Assembly: GCA_964255285.1 (NCBI GenBank) | Contig: CAXUUL010000003.1 | Span: 1 to 64,000 of the forward strand | Direction of reading: 5' to 3' | Length of the DNA stretch: 64,000 nucleotides | From: Ionaspis alba | Lineage: Eukaryota | Part shown: in pieces, positions 23,501-35,121 of the stretch | How the letters are laid out: every line of letters begins with the position of its first letter | Position numbering within the stretch: position 1 is the first letter of the stretch | Made by a program: the position numbers and the translations under genes | Notes under the pieces: generated by a model | Told to the model about the DNA's origin: nothing | The model's database searches: none | The model's input: the letters and a program-made list of their open reading frames with translations, nothing else

Positions 23501-24851
23501 GGTCTTCCAAAGCTTTCTGTTTTGCAATATCAAATGTAGCTAGCCAATCTAGAAGCTCAGCCTGAGAGTCCGCCTGGAGAACGACTGTTGTGTCCTTTGT
23601 CTTGACCTCCCAGCAAAATCGGCGTTCCTCGGTTGGTGCAGCTTTCACACCGCAGAGTAAGACTCCAATCTTCTCCGATTCTTCAACTCCACCAGATCGA
23701 GGGCCTTGAACCAGCCAACCGAAAATGCCATTTTTGACAAAGAACCAGCGTCGAACCCATACCGTCCTTGTAGGCTTCCCACTGATTGTTTTTAAATTAA
23801 GCCATCCCTGCTTTTCTGCTCTCACAGTCTTCGGTCTTGACGTGGCATTGTTGTTTGTCGTATAGCCTTTGGGATTAGCCACACTAGAAGTCTGCACGGA
23901 GTAATCTTCTAATTCCCGAGACGGTTTGGCTGCATGCTCAGCCGTTTCTTCGATTTGCTTTCTAGCTATCTGAAGTTCCCGCCGAAAAGCTCTCTCTCCG
24001 TTCTCCATTTCTCGACTCCATCCTCTTATTCGTTCAAGATCCATACTACATTTCGTCATTGCTGTGCCGACGTGCTCGCGAGAGTTCTTCGTATCACGCC
24101 ACTGGTCGAACAATACCTTGACCAGCAGTTTATCCAATGCCATTCGTAGATGAGGACCTGCAACGGAGAAATCCATAGAGGCTTTCAGGTATGCTTTACG
24201 TGCTTCAAACAGCTGGAACGCATCCTCTCTGAGTGAAGATGCCTCCTTTGTCTTGGCCTGCGCAGAGTAGCGCGACTGAAGGCTATCAAGCTGACGCTGC
24301 GACTGATCAAGTTGACGTCGAGTGTCCTGTATAGTCAGCGCGGAAAAGAAGAAGAAAGAGCACCAAATACCTTGAAAGCACGAAGCTCAGTCTGCAAGAA
24401 GCCTCGGATGGGATCTATTATATTTAAGTCGAGCTTTTTCAATCCTCCAAGGGTTGAATGCCAATATTCCTTTGCGCCTTCGCAATATCGTTTTGCAGCA
24501 AGGAGCGTGTAGTCATGGTCAATGACAGCTTCGGATAATTGGGAGGGAGGAGTCCCGTTGGCCAGAAATCCATGAACTAGATTCTCTATGGTTGAGACCT
24601 CCTGAGAGAGTTTGCTGGTTGCCTTCACGTAGCCTTCCAGCCATTTCTCCACCGCGTCCACCTGCTCTCCAAAGTGTGAAGTCGTTGCGCGGAAAGAAGG
24701 CGAGTCTAATGCTGCTTCTTTCAGTCCGACGGGCCTGGATTCCCCGCCACATCAGTAGCTGGTAGTCAAGGCTTGCATATCGCCAGACATACACTAAACT
24801 GACTGGCTTCCCTGCTGGAGCCAGAACCGGCTGCTCCTGTTCCTCTGCCAT
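20528..24851 (-). CDS. sip3: Sip3/Lam1-type BAR-PH-GRAM-StART-like (VASt) sterol transfer protein; short introns near 24.76 kb, 24.35 kb and 20.88 kb
   Basis: N-terminal VPVGLKEAALDSPSFR, PH domain (EKQGWL...WVRRWFFVKNGIFGW...EERRFCWEVKT), FPGRVYVT, TPWHLP and a C-terminal TM segment. Confidence 0.88.
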
Positions 24852-25330
24852 GTTCCGTTAAATGGAGGTTATGCAACGACAGCAGTGTGATGTTTGTGAA
24901 ATCATGGCAAGTATTGCGCTTTAATTGCAACAGAAGGTCGAGAGTGAGTATTAGTTGCGAGTAGATTTGCAATATCTGGCGAGATGTCGGCGTTTGATTC
25001 CAAACAATCAAGTACGGTCTACCAGCGCCAAGCCGGTCGAATCTGCGTCATCAGCTAGCATGCGAGTAGACTCGCCTAAGACAACGCCCCGACAGTCTCC
25101 AAAGGGCCACCTAAAGCCCACCACTTGATCTGAGAATAAGTGGGTCACGTTAAGGGAATTAGCGGGATTTGTGTGCCTAGGACCCTCTACCCAGATACTA
25201 TAACTCCACCAAAAAGAAATTTCTTTGACTCGGTTGAAGAACTCCCACAAACCCTAATGCCCAGTCTCATTCATCCGGTATTTTGACCCTCGTTCGTTAT
25301 TCTGTTCATCCATCCCCAAGCCCTGGGAAG

Positions 25331-27421
25331 ATGGCGGCCGCCACGTCAGGGTCGTCTCGAAAGCCTCCTGCGGACTCGTCTTCAAGTCAGCGTCCTCGAA
25401 AGCGCATCAAGCTACTGGAAATCGACGATAGCTCCAATGAGGGCAGCTCTAGCGATATCGCTGGAGGTGTCAAGCTAGGCGGAGAAGGTGTGGTGACAGA
25501 CGACCCAAGCTTCAAAATCGACGAGGAATATGCTCGGCGATTTGAGCATAGTCAGAAGATAGCAGAACTACAACGATGTGAGTATGCCAACGAAATTGTT
25601 CTGAGTAATACTAAGAAGTCCGTAGTGGAGGAGAAGTATGGTAAAAGGTCCACGGGCAATGGCTGGAAAAAGAATAGCGCCTATGCAGAAGATGAAAACG
25701 ACGAAGGAGAATCCTCCTCCGATTCTGAAGAAGAGGATGACGAAGGAATACTGGCTTCTGGTGTTCTTGACGATCAGATCAATGCAACCTTACAGGCTAT
25801 TCGAGAAAAGGACCCGCGAGTCTACGACGAGAAAACCACTTTCTATACTGGCATAGACGAGGATGACGAGGACATCGAGTTGAGGGTCAAGAAAGATATT
25901 CCTAAGCCGATGTATCTGAGAGACTACCATCGGGAAAATCTTCTACGCGGCGATCTTGGGGAAGACGAGAGGGAGGAAGCAATGGTTACATACACAGAAG
26001 AACAGGATCAACTCAAAAAATCTATCGTCAAAGAAATGCATTTTGCTGCCCACGGCGTGTCATCTATATCTGCATTGGACGAAGCTGTCGACGATGCGGA
26101 AGACAGCGATTTTTTGAGACAGAAACAGCGTAATTCGGACGAAACTAGCACGAAGCGCGCCCGAACCACTCCAGCACCAATCGAAGTCGATGAGGCAGAC
26201 AAAGACCCCCAGACCTTTCTCTCCAACTTTCTATCAGCTCGTGCATGGGTACCCTCTGCAGGGACCAGACTCCAGCCCTTCGAATCGGACGACGACGAGG
26301 ATGATCGGCGAGCGGAAGCCTTCGAAGATGCTTACAACATGCGTTTCGAGAATCCTGAGGGTACTAACGAGAAGCTTTTGTCACATGCTAGAGACACTGC
26401 AGCAAAGTATTCAGTTCGCAAAGAGCATACAAAGAGTCGCAAAAGGATACGAGAAGCCGAGCAAGCCAAGAAGGAAGCTGAAAGACTTGAGCGGGAACAG
26501 GAGAAGGCTCGGTTGCGAAAGCTAAGGCTTGATGATGCGGAGGAGAAGATGAAGAAGATCAAGGACGCTGCGGGTCTCAGTGACCAGGACTTCCGGGCAT
26601 ATGACTGGTCCGCATTCCTTGGTGAAGATTGGGACGACGAACACTGGGAGCAGGAAATGAGAAAGCGATTTGGCAATGATTATTACGCTGACCGAGACCA
26701 CGGCAGTGAAGTAGCGGAGGATAGTAAGCGAAACGGAAAAGTGAAGAAGCCCAAGTGGGAGGACGATATCGATATTACGGATATAATAACAGACTTCGAG
26801 GCTGAGCAGAATGGACAGCCTTCACTTGCGCTCCCCGATGCGTCAGAGGGTGAAGCTGACGACGGAGAGGATGGTATTGCAAGCCATGCAGCTAACGAAG
26901 GACATGGCAAACGCAAACGCCATGAGAAAGAACGAGAAGAACAGAAGACAGAAGCTCGTAAAGAGCGCCGGAAACTCGAACAGCTGGTGAACGAAAAGTT
27001 AGACATCGAGCTCGCACTGAACAGTGCCACATCAAAGCACTCGAAAGCCAGCCGGTTCCGATACCGTGATACATCGCCTGTTGCTTATGGCTTGACAGCT
27101 CATGATATCCTCATGGCTTCGGACAGTCAACTCAATCAGTATGCGGGACTCAAGAAAATGGCACCCTTCCGGGACGCCGAAAAGAAGAAGAAAGACAGAA
27201 AGCATCTCGGCAAGAAGGCACGGCTTCGGCAATGGAGAATGGAGACTTTTGGCCACGAGAATGGCCCAACAAAGTCTCTGCAAGAAGTACTCGCGGAGCA
27301 AGCATCAAGGAAAGCCGTTGAAATTCCCAGCCTAAGTAGCGAAGCTGAGAAATTAGATATCCGGGATGAGAAGAAGCGCAAGAGGTCGAAGAAGAACAAG
27401 GGGAAGACGACCGAGGCTTAA
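25331..27421 (+). CDS. kri1: Kri1, 40S ribosome biogenesis factor; probable 48-nt intron 25578-25625
   Basis: FKIDEEYARRFEH, ELQRLEEKYG (after splicing), KDPRVYD, KPMYLRDYHRENLL, FEDAYNMRFE and RFRYRDTSPVAYGLTAHDILMASDSQLNQYAGLKK. Confidence 0.92.
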   Translation: MAAATSGSSRKPPADSSSSQRPRKRIKLLEIDDSSNEGSSSDIAGGVKLGGEGVVTDDPSFKIDEEYARRFEHSQKIAELQRCEYANEIVLSNTKKSVVEEKYGKRSTGNGWKKNSAYAEDENDEGESSSDSEEEDDEGILASGVLDDQINATLQAIREKDPRVYDEKTTFYTGIDEDDEDIELRVKKDIPKPMYLRDYHRENLLRGDLGEDEREEAMVTYTEEQDQLKKSIVKEMHFAAHGVSSISALDEAVDDAEDSDFLRQKQRNSDETSTKRARTTPAPIEVDEADKDPQTFLSNFLSARAWVPSAGTRLQPFESDDDEDDRRAEAFEDAYNMRFENPEGTNEKLLSHARDTAAKYSVRKEHTKSRKRIREAEQAKKEAERLEREQEKARLRKLRLDDAEEKMKKIKDAAGLSDQDFRAYDWSAFLGEDWDDEHWEQEMRKRFGNDYYADRDHGSEVAEDSKRNGKVKKPKWEDDIDITDIITDFEAEQNGQPSLALPDASEGEADDGEDGIASHAANEGHGKRKRHEKEREEQKTEARKERRKLEQLVNEKLDIELALNSATSKHSKASRFRYRDTSPVAYGLTAHDILMASDSQLNQYAGLKKMAPFRDAEKKKKDRKHLGKKARLRQWRMETFGHENGPTKSLQEVLAEQASRKAVEIPSLSSEAEKLDIRDEKKRKRSKKNKGKTTEA

Positions 27422-27969
27422 GCTACAGCAACACTTTTGGTGGTTGATATAAAGAACCCAAACTGTGCAATATATTATCCGAGTGAGATCAATCGTATAA
27501 ATACTATAATGAGCCATAGCTATCAGCAAAATCTGGCTTAGATATATCCACGTTCATTCATTGCGGTGAGTGTTCATGCTACTCGGGTAGCCTGTGGTCT
27601 CGATGTTTGGAGAAGCATCCAGACTCCTTTGGGTAGGACCTGTTCCATATGGAAAGATTTACAACAACTGTAGGTATCAAACAATTCACTCATCTCAGTG
27701 AAGCCACTACACAATTTTGGCCCGAAAAGGCCCGAGTGAAGATAATTTCGTGGGCGACCCCCAAAATGCACGGACCATGTCTCCAAGATTTTCTCTTAGC
27801 GTGCTTCCTTTTCTTCCAACCTCATTGCTCTCCTCTCCATCACCCTACAGTTTGTTCTTTGCATCAGTTCGATAACCACCAACGAACTTCATCCAATACC
27901 CTTCTCCCCTCAATCTTTTGTTCACTTTCATCCTACGTAGCACTCCGTACAGTGTGAACAGTCGCCAAG

Positions 27970-29640
27970 ATGGTCGAAGGAGATGTCGTTCAGTCAAAGA
28001 AGTCCTTTATGGGCATGCCAGTAAGCTCATCTCTCCCCGCGCCATTATCGTCGTCCCCATACTCTCACATATCACTACAATCTGCTACAAAGCTTCAATG
28101 GTTTTGCTGAAGCTTCTTGTGAGTTGTTGTGATGTGTTGGGTTCCTATGCCTCGATGATTGACGGATTGCGATCGTTCGCGACGCTTACACTGAATCAGC
28201 TAACATGTTTTTCTACGTCCAGGGCTTCGTCGTAGATTTCTTGAGTATGTCAACACCATTCAATCTGCGTCTACTGGGTTTTTGCCCCTGTCAAAACGTC
28301 GCGACAGCATCGTATCATGAACGTATTGTGATCGCATCGCTGTTTTGAGGGGCTGGACAGATAAGGATCATGTCTAATCCCTTCTCACAGTGGGCGGTGT
28401 CTCTGCTGCTGTCTCAAAAACGGCTGCTGCTCCTATTGAGCGCGTTAAGCTCTTGATCCAAAATCAGGTAAGCCTTTGAACATTGAGGTCTTCCATCTCT
28501 TCAAAAAAGCCCATTATGTCTTCGAGAAAAGTTTGTAATACCTCATACATATAACTCTCATTACCAAGAGCATGGCTCCAGGGTTGTATAGTCGGTTAGA
28601 GCTTTAGCCCGAACCTCGATTACTTAACCGTTTCCACTCATCCGCCGCAATATAGTTAGCATTCTTTACGCAGCCGCTAACATACTCACTTGAATCTCTA
28701 GGATGAGATGCTCAAGTCCGGTCGTTTGGACCGCAAGTATGACGGGATCGGAGAGTGTTTCCGTCGTACCATCAAAAACGAGGGTGTAGCTTCTTTGTGG
28801 AGAGGTAACACTGCCAATGTCATACGATACTTCCCAACGCAGGCCTTGAACTTTGCTTTCCGCGATACCTACAAGTCTATGTTCGCGTACAAGAAGGAGA
28901 GAGATGGATATGCTAAATGGATGGCTGGTAATCTCGCGTCCGGAGGAGTGAGTTTTTCAACTTTTGATGGCCGCTTTCGTGCATATAAGCGAGTCTAGTA
29001 AATTAACATTCCTCTAGGCCGCTGGTGCGACCTCTTTACTCTTCGTCTATTCCCTCGATTATGCTCGTACCCGTCTAGCCAACGACAACAAGAACGCGAA
29101 GACCGGTGGAGCTCGTCAATTCAACGGCTTGATCGATGTATACAAGAAGACTCTCGCATCTGACGGTATCACTGGTCTTTATCGTGGCTTCGGTCCTTCC
29201 GTCGCTGGTATTGTCGTTTACCGTGGTCTGTACTTCGGAATGTACGACTCCATCAAGCCTGTCATTCTCGTCGGTCCTCTTGAGGGTAATTTCCTGGCGT
29301 CGTTCTTACTCGGCTGGACTGTCACCACTGGCGCGGGTATTGCTTCTTACCCCCTGGACACTATTCGTAGACGGATGATGATGACTTCGGGAGAGGTATG
29401 TTCGATAACCTTCTGGGGGAAAATGCGCGGTCTCTGACACAGCCATCTATTTAGGCTGTTAAGTACAAGTCTTCTCTCGATGCTGGTCGCCAAATCATCG
29501 CCAAGGAAGGTATCAAGTCTCTCTTCAAGGGCGCAGGTGCAAACATCCTCCGTGGTGTTGCCGGTGCCGGTGTGCTCTCCATCTACGACCAGGCCCAGCT
29601 ACTCATGTTCGGCAAGCAGTTCAAGGGTGGATCTGGTTAG
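27970..29640 (+). CDS. aac: Mitochondrial ADP/ATP carrier; exons 27970-28020, 28223-28244, 28391-28467, 28702-28947, 29018-29395, 29455-29640
   Basis: [50 protein letters not shown] and the AAC signature RRRMMM. Confidence 0.97.
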
Positions 29641-30158
29641 AGGACTAAACATCCCTATATCGAAATGTGGATAGTGAGGTTGATGGCAGGGATGAGAGGC
29701 TGAAAACTGGTGTCCTACGATCTGAGGAGAGAGATGTTAGGGCCTGCTAAGGGCTGTAGTGCATTGGGGCGGTGACCATTTGGGATTGACTCGAGATGCT
29801 ACTGTACTCTACAAATTCTGGCGACTGTTCTAACATGTACTGGTTGTTGCCTGCAACATGTACCTCCGCTTGTTCCTTCTTGCACAGTACGGTTGTTTTT
29901 TAGTTGTTACACATTGAAGAAGATAGATCGGCTGCTGTAGGTAGGGGACACAGAAGTATCTCGTTCGTAATAACTGATTTCGTGATGTCAACTCGGCTTT
30001 GTAGGGCAGTGTACGTACAAAGAATCACAGTTTCTCCGGGTCCTATCGTCAACATGCAACCGTCCTATGCAATAATATCCTTGTCGTTGCTCAGGTTGAC
30101 GAGACTTTCATTCTCTGGTGATCACTGCCCATAACAAATATCCAACTATCACTCCTCC

Positions 30159-32713
30159 TCAACCGTCCAAACCTCCTTTCAACGTCCCCAAGGTGAAACC
30201 ACTCGCCTCGTCCATTTCCTCCCTCCCCCTAACTTTGACCTTTCCCGATCCACTTCCAGAGTTTGTGCCCTTAGCTTTATCATCCCCAAACAAATACCCC
30301 GCCTTTCCTCTGGCCACGTTTTCCCTCTTCGACTCCGGTGATAAAGGCGACGCCGAGACGAAGCTCGACTTGCGCTGATCATCGCCCATGAGCCAGGAAA
30401 AGGAAGATTGAGCAAGTGAAGGGCGGGAGTGCTGAAAGGGAGAGGCAAGGGGTTTCGATTTTGGCAAGCGGGAGACGGCTGATGCTGGGGTCGAGGTCGC
30501 GGAGAGATGAGCGGATTCGGAATCTGATGTGGCGAGCGGTGGGATCTCGGTGGCACTCGGTGTTGTGGACCCCCTTATCGCCATGGGATCGGTGGGCTCG
30601 ACGTTATTGATAACGAGTTGGCCGGTTCGAGATGTGCTGGTGGTTTTCGATATCGGGCCATTCGCCATGCCGGCGTCCGTGGCGGGAGTAGAGGCTTTGG
30701 TCGTGGCTACACTCTCTTGCATCGATTGCGTCTCCGGGAACAATAAAGGCATCGAAGAATCTTCCAAATAGACTTGTACGAATTGTATCTTTGCTATTGC
30801 CAGGCTCAGCGCATCTGAAAGGATATCCGATTTCTCTGTCTCGAGCTGCCGCTGCTGAATTGAGAGCTCAGCCATGGCATTTTCAAGAATCTTGGATAAT
30901 GCCTTGTTGCGCTCTTCAAGTGCTTTAATCCGGCGAACGAGATTTTCGTCGGCAACTGCTACAGCTCTTCCTTCGTCTAACGACCAGCGCACGCCGGCGA
31001 GTGGTTTTCGAGGGGAGCTGTTTCCGGATTGCAGACTTTGAACGGCTCCGCGTAACACCCTGCCCACTCCCCATTTATCACCACGAAACTGCATGCCTCG
31101 AGCTGCTTCTTGAAGGATTCCTTCGATTCCCCACTGTTCTTGTAGGAAACGGCTCGGTGAGAGCATTGGCGAGCGAGGTCTGGTACCTATAGACGATGGA
31201 GTTGATAGGCCGACCTCTGTTTCGACTCCTCGACGAGGGATGCTCGTGTCCGTAGGAAAAGCTCCTGGCAATCTGATTGAATATTTAGCGATAATATACG
31301 CTCCGCCCTCGAGTGTCAGATGTTGACGCAGATACAAGGCATCGTCTACGAAGGTCGGTGGTCCATTGGGCTCTGAAGGGACTGGGTAGCGCAGAAGCAA
31401 GGTCAATGCAGAACTGTAGTCAGCATCCATGACTGCGAGCAGGCGTCAGTCACAATTATTGACTCCTCATCTGGGACCATTTATGACCTGACTTACGCTG
31501 CCATCTAATGCGTAGAAGCATAGCAACACAGATAAAATCTACTAGATCGAGAGCTGGATCCTCGGCAAAAAGTATGTCCCAAAGACATAGAACGTCCTCG
31601 AATGGAAATTCTCGTCCAAAGAGTAATCGGATCCATCTTCTGTAGGATTAAGATGTTGTTAGCCATAGGGGTAAGGTACAAGAACCACAGGCTACTCACA
31701 TGACGAAGATCTGCGGCAAAACCTCGATTGCAGTCAGATGTTTTGTAAGCTCAGGATCGACTCTTCGTAAATAGTCCTCATGTATTCGTTTGCTCCGTTC
31801 CACAATTGGTGAGTTGTTCAAATCGGCCGATACTGTCTGCGAAGTGTTGCTACCCATCTCGTAGAAGGACTTTGCCGTTTGCATGATAATACAAAACACT
31901 GTGAAGGCATCATGCTCGGCGTATGAAGGGTCCAGCGTAGCTCGAAGTAATATCTCATCGTCCAACAACTCTTTTTGGTGATCCTCGACAGTCGTAGGAT
32001 CCACGACATCTCTAGAAATTACCCACAGTATTGGTGCGAGTATTTCATGCATACCTTGCCGGTACCCAGTATCCGCATTGAGCTTGCAAAAGATAAATAA
32101 CACCTCGAGGAGTATTGACCGTGTGCTAGGCTCACGGAAGTAAAGGTTGTCGGGCATACACCGTTCGACATCCTGGTAGATCTCGTCCCTCAATATCTCG
32201 TCCCGTCGAAGGACATTCCATGGGGACTTTTCAAAGTCTTAGTCAAAGGTCAGACGGCTCTTTCTTGTCGTTGTTGCCGTTGGTTGGCTTCAAGACGGTT
32301 TGACTTACCGTCTCATCTACCGCCAATGGGTCTGCTGCTGAGAGGTCATCCGGATTCTCGATGTCTCGTAGAAAGTGTTTCTTCAGGGCTGTGTAGGCTT
32401 CTCGTGAATCCAACAATGTCTTTATCCATGTGCTCCGGTCGAGGTTTTCGAAGAGTAGGAAAGCCTAGGAGGGTATATGGTGAGCGTCTGATTTGACTAT
32501 AGACTCGGAGACTTCACACACCTTCCAGCATACTGATCTAAGTCCATTGTTGCAGGGATTATCTTGCGATTCCCCCCTCACTGCTGCTCTTAGGTCCGAA
32601 AGGTTTGAACTGGTGGCGAATGTTGCGACCCATCGAATGCTAAAAGAGCTATCAGCTTTCACCTCAATCCCTCAGTGTCGTTTATCAAACCGTGTATCTG
32701 CCAATGTCCTCAT
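30159..32713 (-). CDS. TBC-domain Rab GTPase-activating protein (TBC1D5/Gyp6-like), multi-exon
   Basis: Starts MRTLADTR; contains LRSVCWK, catalytic IYQDVERC (IxxDxxR) and YRQGMHE (YxQ), IRWIRLLFGREF after splicing, ALTLLLRYP and a C-terminal coiled coil. Confidence 0.85.
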
Positions 32714-33063
32714 ATTGTCTCCAGCATGGCTCTAAGACGTGAATCTGAAACCCTTGACTTTGACGAGCAAAATGTGGTTAAAATTACCACATTACAGTAT
32801 TTTTGAAGTCTCAGAAAACCATCATTTCCTCAACATATTTCTTGGGGCAGCATTTCAGCCGCGACTTGGAATAGATCCAGGTAGGTGACTGTCGGAATTC
32901 ACTATGAGAAATGTGCGATCTTCTGCATTTGTGACGTTAGGCAGCCATGAGGTGTATCTATTACTATGCATTTTGCAATTTTGAGATGTTGTATCACTTG
33001 ACACGGAAAAATTCGTCCTAAGAAGTGTTTTTCCTGTCACCTACAAGGCGCTACGAACAACTC

Positions 33064-34947
33064 ATGTCGTCAAACTTGTGGGGAGCATTCCCAGGAGAGG
33101 TGGAGAATCCATGGGCAAGTCCAGAATCTGAGAACGAGCCTGTTTTTTCTGCAAACGATCCTGACAGAAGGAACCCAAAACATGCGGGAATTTCCGATAC
33201 TCATGAACATGTAAATACCGCTTCTTACGGCCGGCCGATCGAATCCGACCATATGCATGGTTTTACGCAGAAGCAACCACATCGAGAGGATGACAAAATA
33301 TGGTTGAGCTTTGCTCCGGAAAGGCATAGCACTGAGCAAGAATTAGCATCTGTTAAAGCAGTTCAAGGCCATATGAAAAGACGGCAGGGCAAAGAGCCCT
33401 CAGCGCTTGGGCTAAGCTCAAAGAATCACCAAGGAGAAACGCCTAGATGGGAATGCCCACCATTCCTAGAGCCTTCACAGACACCGTGGCAAGCTCCTGC
33501 ACCTTGTATCTGGCCCTCAGATAGGTCCCCACTCTTGTTCGGCACAAGAAACAGAACAGACGAGGATCACATGGTCCTGTCTGAAGCTCCCATGATTCGG
33601 TCGACACTTGGGCAATCCTCGTCCATGACAGAAATCGACCTATATTTCGCCTCAGCCGTTCAGGAGCAGAACGCATGGGAAGACGATATATCTAAGAAGG
33701 ATAAATTCTCTCATGGCAAGCCTCCTGCTCCTGAAGTGTCTACCAGTAACCCTGAGGATGACGACTTTGGAGACTTTGAAACCCCTGATGCAGAACTACT
33801 GGTTACAAGAACACTATCGTCAAGTCCACGCTCGCCGAAACTCGTCGAGTTCTCTAGAAATGGTCGGATGTCACGAGACTACCAGGTAACGGATACCAGT
33901 AAATCTCAATTTCACCTTCCGAACTCCTTGTCTCGCCAAGAGCACGACCAGCACGTAGGTTTGGGGAGACTAGGACACACCAAGATGACTGTCGCCTCCC
34001 TCGTTGAACACTCCGAGGGCTTGAAAATGGAGGGTGCGAAACTAGAACTAAGCTCTCAAAGTACTCCAATCAGCGATACCTCTGTGGATGCATCATACCC
34101 GGCGGAAGAATGGGGAGAGTTCTCTCCTTCTCCACGATCGAATTGTCGACCCGAGACCACCAGAACGAAGGTTGTCCCTCCATCTGGAACACATGTTCAA
34201 TCCTCATCAACCCTCTCTTTACAGAACCGCTTCCATTGTGCCCCACCGGCCTCATCGGACTTCACTCCACAGCCCAAAATCCCAGCACCGCCAAAAACAA
34301 TTCCGCCACCATCACTCCTCTTATCCCACCTAGCCATCCTCCTCCAAGACCTTGCTACCGCCATGACATCCACGCCATCCACCTCGACGGTCCTTGCCAC
34401 GACCATCCCTCTCCTCTGCACAATGTCCCGCGTTTTGATCGGACGTCGCCTGCGCTGGAAACGCGACACCGAGCTTGCCACTTCCATGTCCCTTGCACCA
34501 GCTCATGCAGGTGGCTCTAGGGGCATGAAACTAGTCTCTGTCGATAAAGCCGAAACGGCAAGGGAAGATCGTGAAGCACAGGAGCTACTTAGGGCCTGGA
34601 CGACTCATTCCGGGAAGGTGAGACGAGCCCTCGCTAGTCGAGGGGTCGCCCAAGGTACGAACACGAGAAGGGATGGGACTGTACGGATAGGGCTAATGAT
34701 TGTAGGCGGGAAATTCACGCAGTTGCCAGAGATCAAAGAAGGATTGAGAATTGAAACCAAAGCGTTTGGAGAGGGAAAGAAGGCCTTGGCGGCCTGTTGG
34801 CTATGTGGGTTGAAGAGAGAGGAAAGGGTACGAGGTGTGGACGACGGGGTTTGGGACACTGGGCAGGAGTGGTGGAAAGAGGGTTGGGGCCATGTGGAGT
34901 GTTGGACTTTCTGGGAACGAGAGGGCGCAAAGGTCGGGAAAGATTAG
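33064..34947 (+). CDS. Hypothetical protein with a disordered N-terminus and a C-terminal Cys/His/Trp motif
   Basis: About 627-aa ORF with DDFGDFE and EEWGEF motifs and a C-terminal region GRRLRWKRD...MKLVSVDKAETAREDRE...CWLCGLKREERV...WGHVECWTFW. Confidence 0.7.
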   Translation: MSSNLWGAFPGEVENPWASPESENEPVFSANDPDRRNPKHAGISDTHEHVNTASYGRPIESDHMHGFTQKQPHREDDKIWLSFAPERHSTEQELASVKAVQGHMKRRQGKEPSALGLSSKNHQGETPRWECPPFLEPSQTPWQAPAPCIWPSDRSPLLFGTRNRTDEDHMVLSEAPMIRSTLGQSSSMTEIDLYFASAVQEQNAWEDDISKKDKFSHGKPPAPEVSTSNPEDDDFGDFETPDAELLVTRTLSSSPRSPKLVEFSRNGRMSRDYQVTDTSKSQFHLPNSLSRQEHDQHVGLGRLGHTKMTVASLVEHSEGLKMEGAKLELSSQSTPISDTSVDASYPAEEWGEFSPSPRSNCRPETTRTKVVPPSGTHVQSSSTLSLQNRFHCAPPASSDFTPQPKIPAPPKTIPPPSLLLSHLAILLQDLATAMTSTPSTSTVLATTIPLLCTMSRVLIGRRLRWKRDTELATSMSLAPAHAGGSRGMKLVSVDKAETAREDREAQELLRAWTTHSGKVRRALASRGVAQGTNTRRDGTVRIGLMIVGGKFTQLPEIKEGLRIETKAFGEGKKALAACWLCGLKREERVRGVDDGVWDTGQEWWKEGWGHVECWTFWEREGAKVGKD

Positions 34948-35121
34948 TTGCTGAAAAGGTTTGAAAACATGTTCGGAACATCAATCGGAGAAGCTCTTCA
35001 TTGTCAAACTGTATATGCGCAATGCTATGGAAAGACAGAAAGACAGACACGGCAGGAAATCTGCAAGAGACGTGGCCATTGATCATGACCGCCTCTTTCC
35101 CCCAGATTTGCCAGATGAGCA

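Noticed and set aside
28128..28200. Possible C/D-box snoRNA in aac intron 1 (TGTGATGT...CTGA)
   Set aside because: Box C is imperfect, the terminal stem is weak, and I could not recognise an rRNA-complementary guide. A snoscan run would be needed.
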